A DNA stretch of 26,282 bases from Candidatus Omnitrophota bacterium (lineage in GTDB: Bacteria > Omnitrophota > 4484-213): assembly GCA_030640885.1 (NCBI GenBank), contig DAOWIN010000083.1:1-26282 (forward strand), given 5' to 3'. The notes below the pieces were generated by a model that worked only from the letters and a program-made list of their open reading frames with translations, was not told where the DNA came from and did no database searches. Both the position numbers and the translations under genes were made by a program. This document shows positions 23,909-26,282 of the stretch, piece after piece. Positions within the stretch are counted from its first letter, which is position 1, and every line of letters begins with the position of its first letter.

Positions 23909-24307
23909 TTAATAATGCAAACTCAGCAATCTTTTTACATCATTGTATTCATTAAGAGTTTTTACCTGAAACTCTATTCTTTCCTTCTCCGCTTGGCAGT
24001 AAATAAGTTTGCCAAAATAAACTGCACGATGCCTAAGCAAAGGAGAAGCATCATTAAGGATAACCAAATCTAAATCATTGATGCTAAAAATTTTTAGCAA
24101 ATCGGTTAAAATTTTAGCCTTATAGCCATAAGGATAGTCATTTTTTTTCAGTAAAGATTTATCTATAAGAATGGCAATATCTATATCGCTTTTCTTATTG
24201 GCTTCATTTCTTGCCCGCGAGCCAAATAGATAAGCAAATTTTATTTCATTTCTTATGGAAAAGTAAGCGGAAGTTTTATTTTTAATGTTTTGAATGGATA
24301 AATTCAT
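23909..24307 (-). CDS. MntA-type nucleotidyltransferase antitoxin
   Basis: AYLFGSRARNEANKKSDIDIAIL, DLVILNDASPLLR...G.LIY; lies directly upstream of the DUF86 gene. Confidence 0.92.
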   Translation of the reverse strand: MNLSIQNIKNKTSAYFSIRNEIKFAYLFGSRARNEANKKSDIDIAILIDKSLLKKNDYPYGYKAKILTDLLKIFSINDLDLVILNDASPLLRHRAVYFGKLIYCQAEKERIEFQVKTLNEYNDVKRLLSLHY

Positions 24308-24417
24308 CTTTGCTTCTCGCTCGCCTTTGGCTCAAAATAACGAGTAACTATCTGTAATTTAGTTTACAGTGCACTAATCGCAGTTTCATTTATAAAAATC
24401 TGCGTAATTGAACATTC

Positions 24418-25572
24418 TTATACTTTTAAACTTTCTTTAATCAAATTACTCGCAATAATCTCTCTTTGAATTTGATTTGTGCCTTCATAAATCTGTGTAA
24501 TCTTGGCATCGCGCATAAATTTCTCAATTGGGTAATCCCGCATATAACCATAGCCGCCAAATATTTGCACGCAATCGGTAGTTACCTTCATTGCTACATC
24601 CGAGGCAAAGAGTTTAGTCATCGCTGAAAACTTGGCAATATTTTTTTCGCCGCCGTCAATTGTTCGCGCCGCCGCATAAATTAACGCCCGCGCCGCCTCA
24701 ATTTCAGTAGCAATATCGGCAAGCATAAATTGAATTCCCTGAAATGAGGAAATCGGTTTGCCAAACTGAATTCGCTGATGAGCATAATTCACAGTCAAAT
24801 CCAACGCCCCTTGAGCAATACCTAATGCCTGAGCGGCTACACCCGGTCTGGATTTATCAAATGTTCTCATCGCAATAATAAAACCAAACCCCTCTTTTCC
24901 CAAAAGATTTTCCTGCGGAATTTTGCAGTCATTAAAAATTAACTCGGAAGTGGCAGAGGCGCGAATCCCCATTTTGTCCTCTTTTTTGCCAAAACTAAAC
25001 CCGGGGGTTCCCTTCTCCACAATAAAGGTAGAGGCTCCGCGGCTACCCTTATTTTTATCAGTCATTGCCACTACAGTATAGATATCAGCCACCTCGCCAT
25101 TTGTAATAAAATGCTTGGTGCCGTTGAGGATATAAAAATCGCCTTCTTTTTTAGCAGTGGTTTCAAGCCCGCCGGCATCTGAACCGGCATTGGGTTCAGT
25201 TAAACCAAAAGCCGCTATTTTTTTGCCGCTTGCTAAATCGGGAAGATATTTCTGCTTTTGGGCTTCACTGCCAAATAAAATTATGGGATAAGTTCCAAGA
25301 GCGCTGGCGGCATAACAAACAGCAATCCCACCGCAGGCTTTGCTTAACTCTTCAGTAGCAATAACCAATTCCAAAACCCCGCCGCCGCTACCGCCGTATT
25401 TTTCCTCAACAAAGATACCGAACAGATCACTCTGGGCAAGAACTTCCATAATCTGGCTGGGAAATTCCCCACTCTTATCTAATTCGGCGGCAATAGGTTG
25501 AATCTTTTCCTTAGCAATCTGTCTTGCCAACTCTTGAATCATCATCTGCTGTTCATTTAAAAAATAGTTCAT
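24418..25572 (-). CDS. Acyl-CoA dehydrogenase (butyryl-CoA dehydrogenase-like)
   Basis: AFGLTEPNAGSD, NGTKHFITNG, KMGIRAS, RIQFGKPI, QIFGGYGY, KITQIYEGTNQIQR. Confidence 0.96.
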   Translation of the reverse strand: MNYFLNEQQMMIQELARQIAKEKIQPIAAELDKSGEFPSQIMEVLAQSDLFGIFVEEKYGGSGGGVLELVIATEELSKACGGIAVCYAASALGTYPIILFGSEAQKQKYLPDLASGKKIAAFGLTEPNAGSDAGGLETTAKKEGDFYILNGTKHFITNGEVADIYTVVAMTDKNKGSRGASTFIVEKGTPGFSFGKKEDKMGIRASATSELIFNDCKIPQENLLGKEGFGFIIAMRTFDKSRPGVAAQALGIAQGALDLTVNYAHQRIQFGKPISSFQGIQFMLADIATEIEAARALIYAAARTIDGGEKNIAKFSAMTKLFASDVAMKVTTDCVQIFGGYGYMRDYPIEKFMRDAKITQIYEGTNQIQREIIASNLIKESLKV

Positions 25573-25712
25573 CTCAACTCCCTTTGCAATTTTATTGTTT
25601 TAAAACTTTTATTTATCTCTGTTAAAAAGCGTAATTTTAATCACTAACAATCTTTGGATCTCTGCTCGGAAAGTATTTGGGGCAGAAATGACAAGCAATA
25701 AGAACTTTGCCT

Positions 25713-26282
25713 TTAGTTAGTTTGTATAGCGATTGCAAATGTTCCGCATGCACCGTCTTCTGATTTTTTCTTACAATGGCTGCTACAACCGAAAGTCAAA
25801 CTATTACTGATAGTTGTTGGCCCCATATCACCTATATTAGTTTGACCACAAACTCTATCAGCTGAAGGATTTGCACATCGACCAGCGGTGTTTGAACCAC
25901 TAGACGTATTTCCCCCGATGTAATGAATAGTTTGCAGAACATCCTTCGCCTTTTGGGCATATATTACAACATAACCCTCTGGGATATCAACTGAGCAATT
26001 AATTGTATCACTACCTCTACCATAAACAGAGCCACTATCACTCAAACTAAATACCCGAACCAACCCGCCTACTCCTCCTCCCCCGCCACTCACTTTATAA
26101 ACTGTATCACTATCGTTTGGAAAACCAGAACTATAATCATATTGATGATTGCTTCCAGAACCCGAGCCATTAGAGGTATCTTCAAAGATAACTACATCAT
26201 TAACATTAAAAGTTATCTCGGTTCTACTGTTATCTGGGTTAATCCTATATCCTCCTGTTGCATTGCATCCTCCGCTTGCTAT
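25713..26282 (-). CDS. 3' part of an unknown Gly/Ser/Cys-rich protein (5' end outside the window)
   Basis: The frame is open from the window edge: IASGGCNATGGYRINPDNSRTEITFNVNDVVIFEDTSNGSGSGSNHQYDYSSGFPNDSDTVYKVSGGGGGVGG...GTFAIAIQTN*; at least 189 aa with 7 Cys. Confidence 0.75.
   Translation of the reverse strand: MASGGCNATGGYRINPDNSRTEITFNVNDVVIFEDTSNGSGSGSNHQYDYSSGFPNDSDTVYKVSGGGGGVGGLVRVFSLSDSGSVYGRGSDTINCSVDIPEGYVVIYAQKAKDVLQTIHYIGGNTSSGSNTAGRCANPSADRVCGQTNIGDMGPTTISNSLTFGCSSHCKKKSEDGACGTFAIAIQTN

Noticed and set aside
25713-26282. DGR target or reverse-transcriptase system
   Set aside because: No C-type-lectin-like terminal motif, no adenine-variant template repeat and no reverse transcriptase in the window.

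Overview
AT-rich bacterial chromosomal window of mostly housekeeping genes. The PVC-superphylum small basic protein at 10209-10475 and the overall gene content suggest a PVC member, most plausibly Omnitrophota (inference). The + strand (154-19711) carries a YIP1 protein, tRNA-Val(GAC), thrS-infC-rpmI-rplT, trkA, aroB, an AmmeMemoRadiSam B/A fusion, DUF1189-like and LolA-like proteins, the small basic protein, a GNAT, amaP, pfkA, gmhA, a HEPN-MNT pair, rfaE2, a ThiD2-like gene, thiE, tRNA-Gly(CCC), a LysM/M23 lipoprotein, an AAA ATPase, lemA and rnc. The - strand (26282-19805) carries a partial Cys/Gly-rich ORF, an acyl-CoA dehydrogenase, an MNT, a HEPN pseudogene, a short HicB missed by the ORF track, etfB, etfA, rpmF, plsX and a mini-RnfB. 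No CRISPR array, transposase, integrase or rRNA was seen. The least explained signal is non-coding. Almost every intergenic gap holds one of two repeat classes. The first is a modular GC-rich REP-like hairpin family (GCGAAGC loops) clustered behind tRNA-Val, which in reverse orientation is joined to an identical 15-nt ribosome-binding segment before trkA, the small basic protein and pfkA. The second is a set of 7-9-nt-period tracts, often paired as inverted arms, that invade gene ends and form the AmrB-AmrA fusion linker. All calls are from motif recognition by eye; no searches were run.
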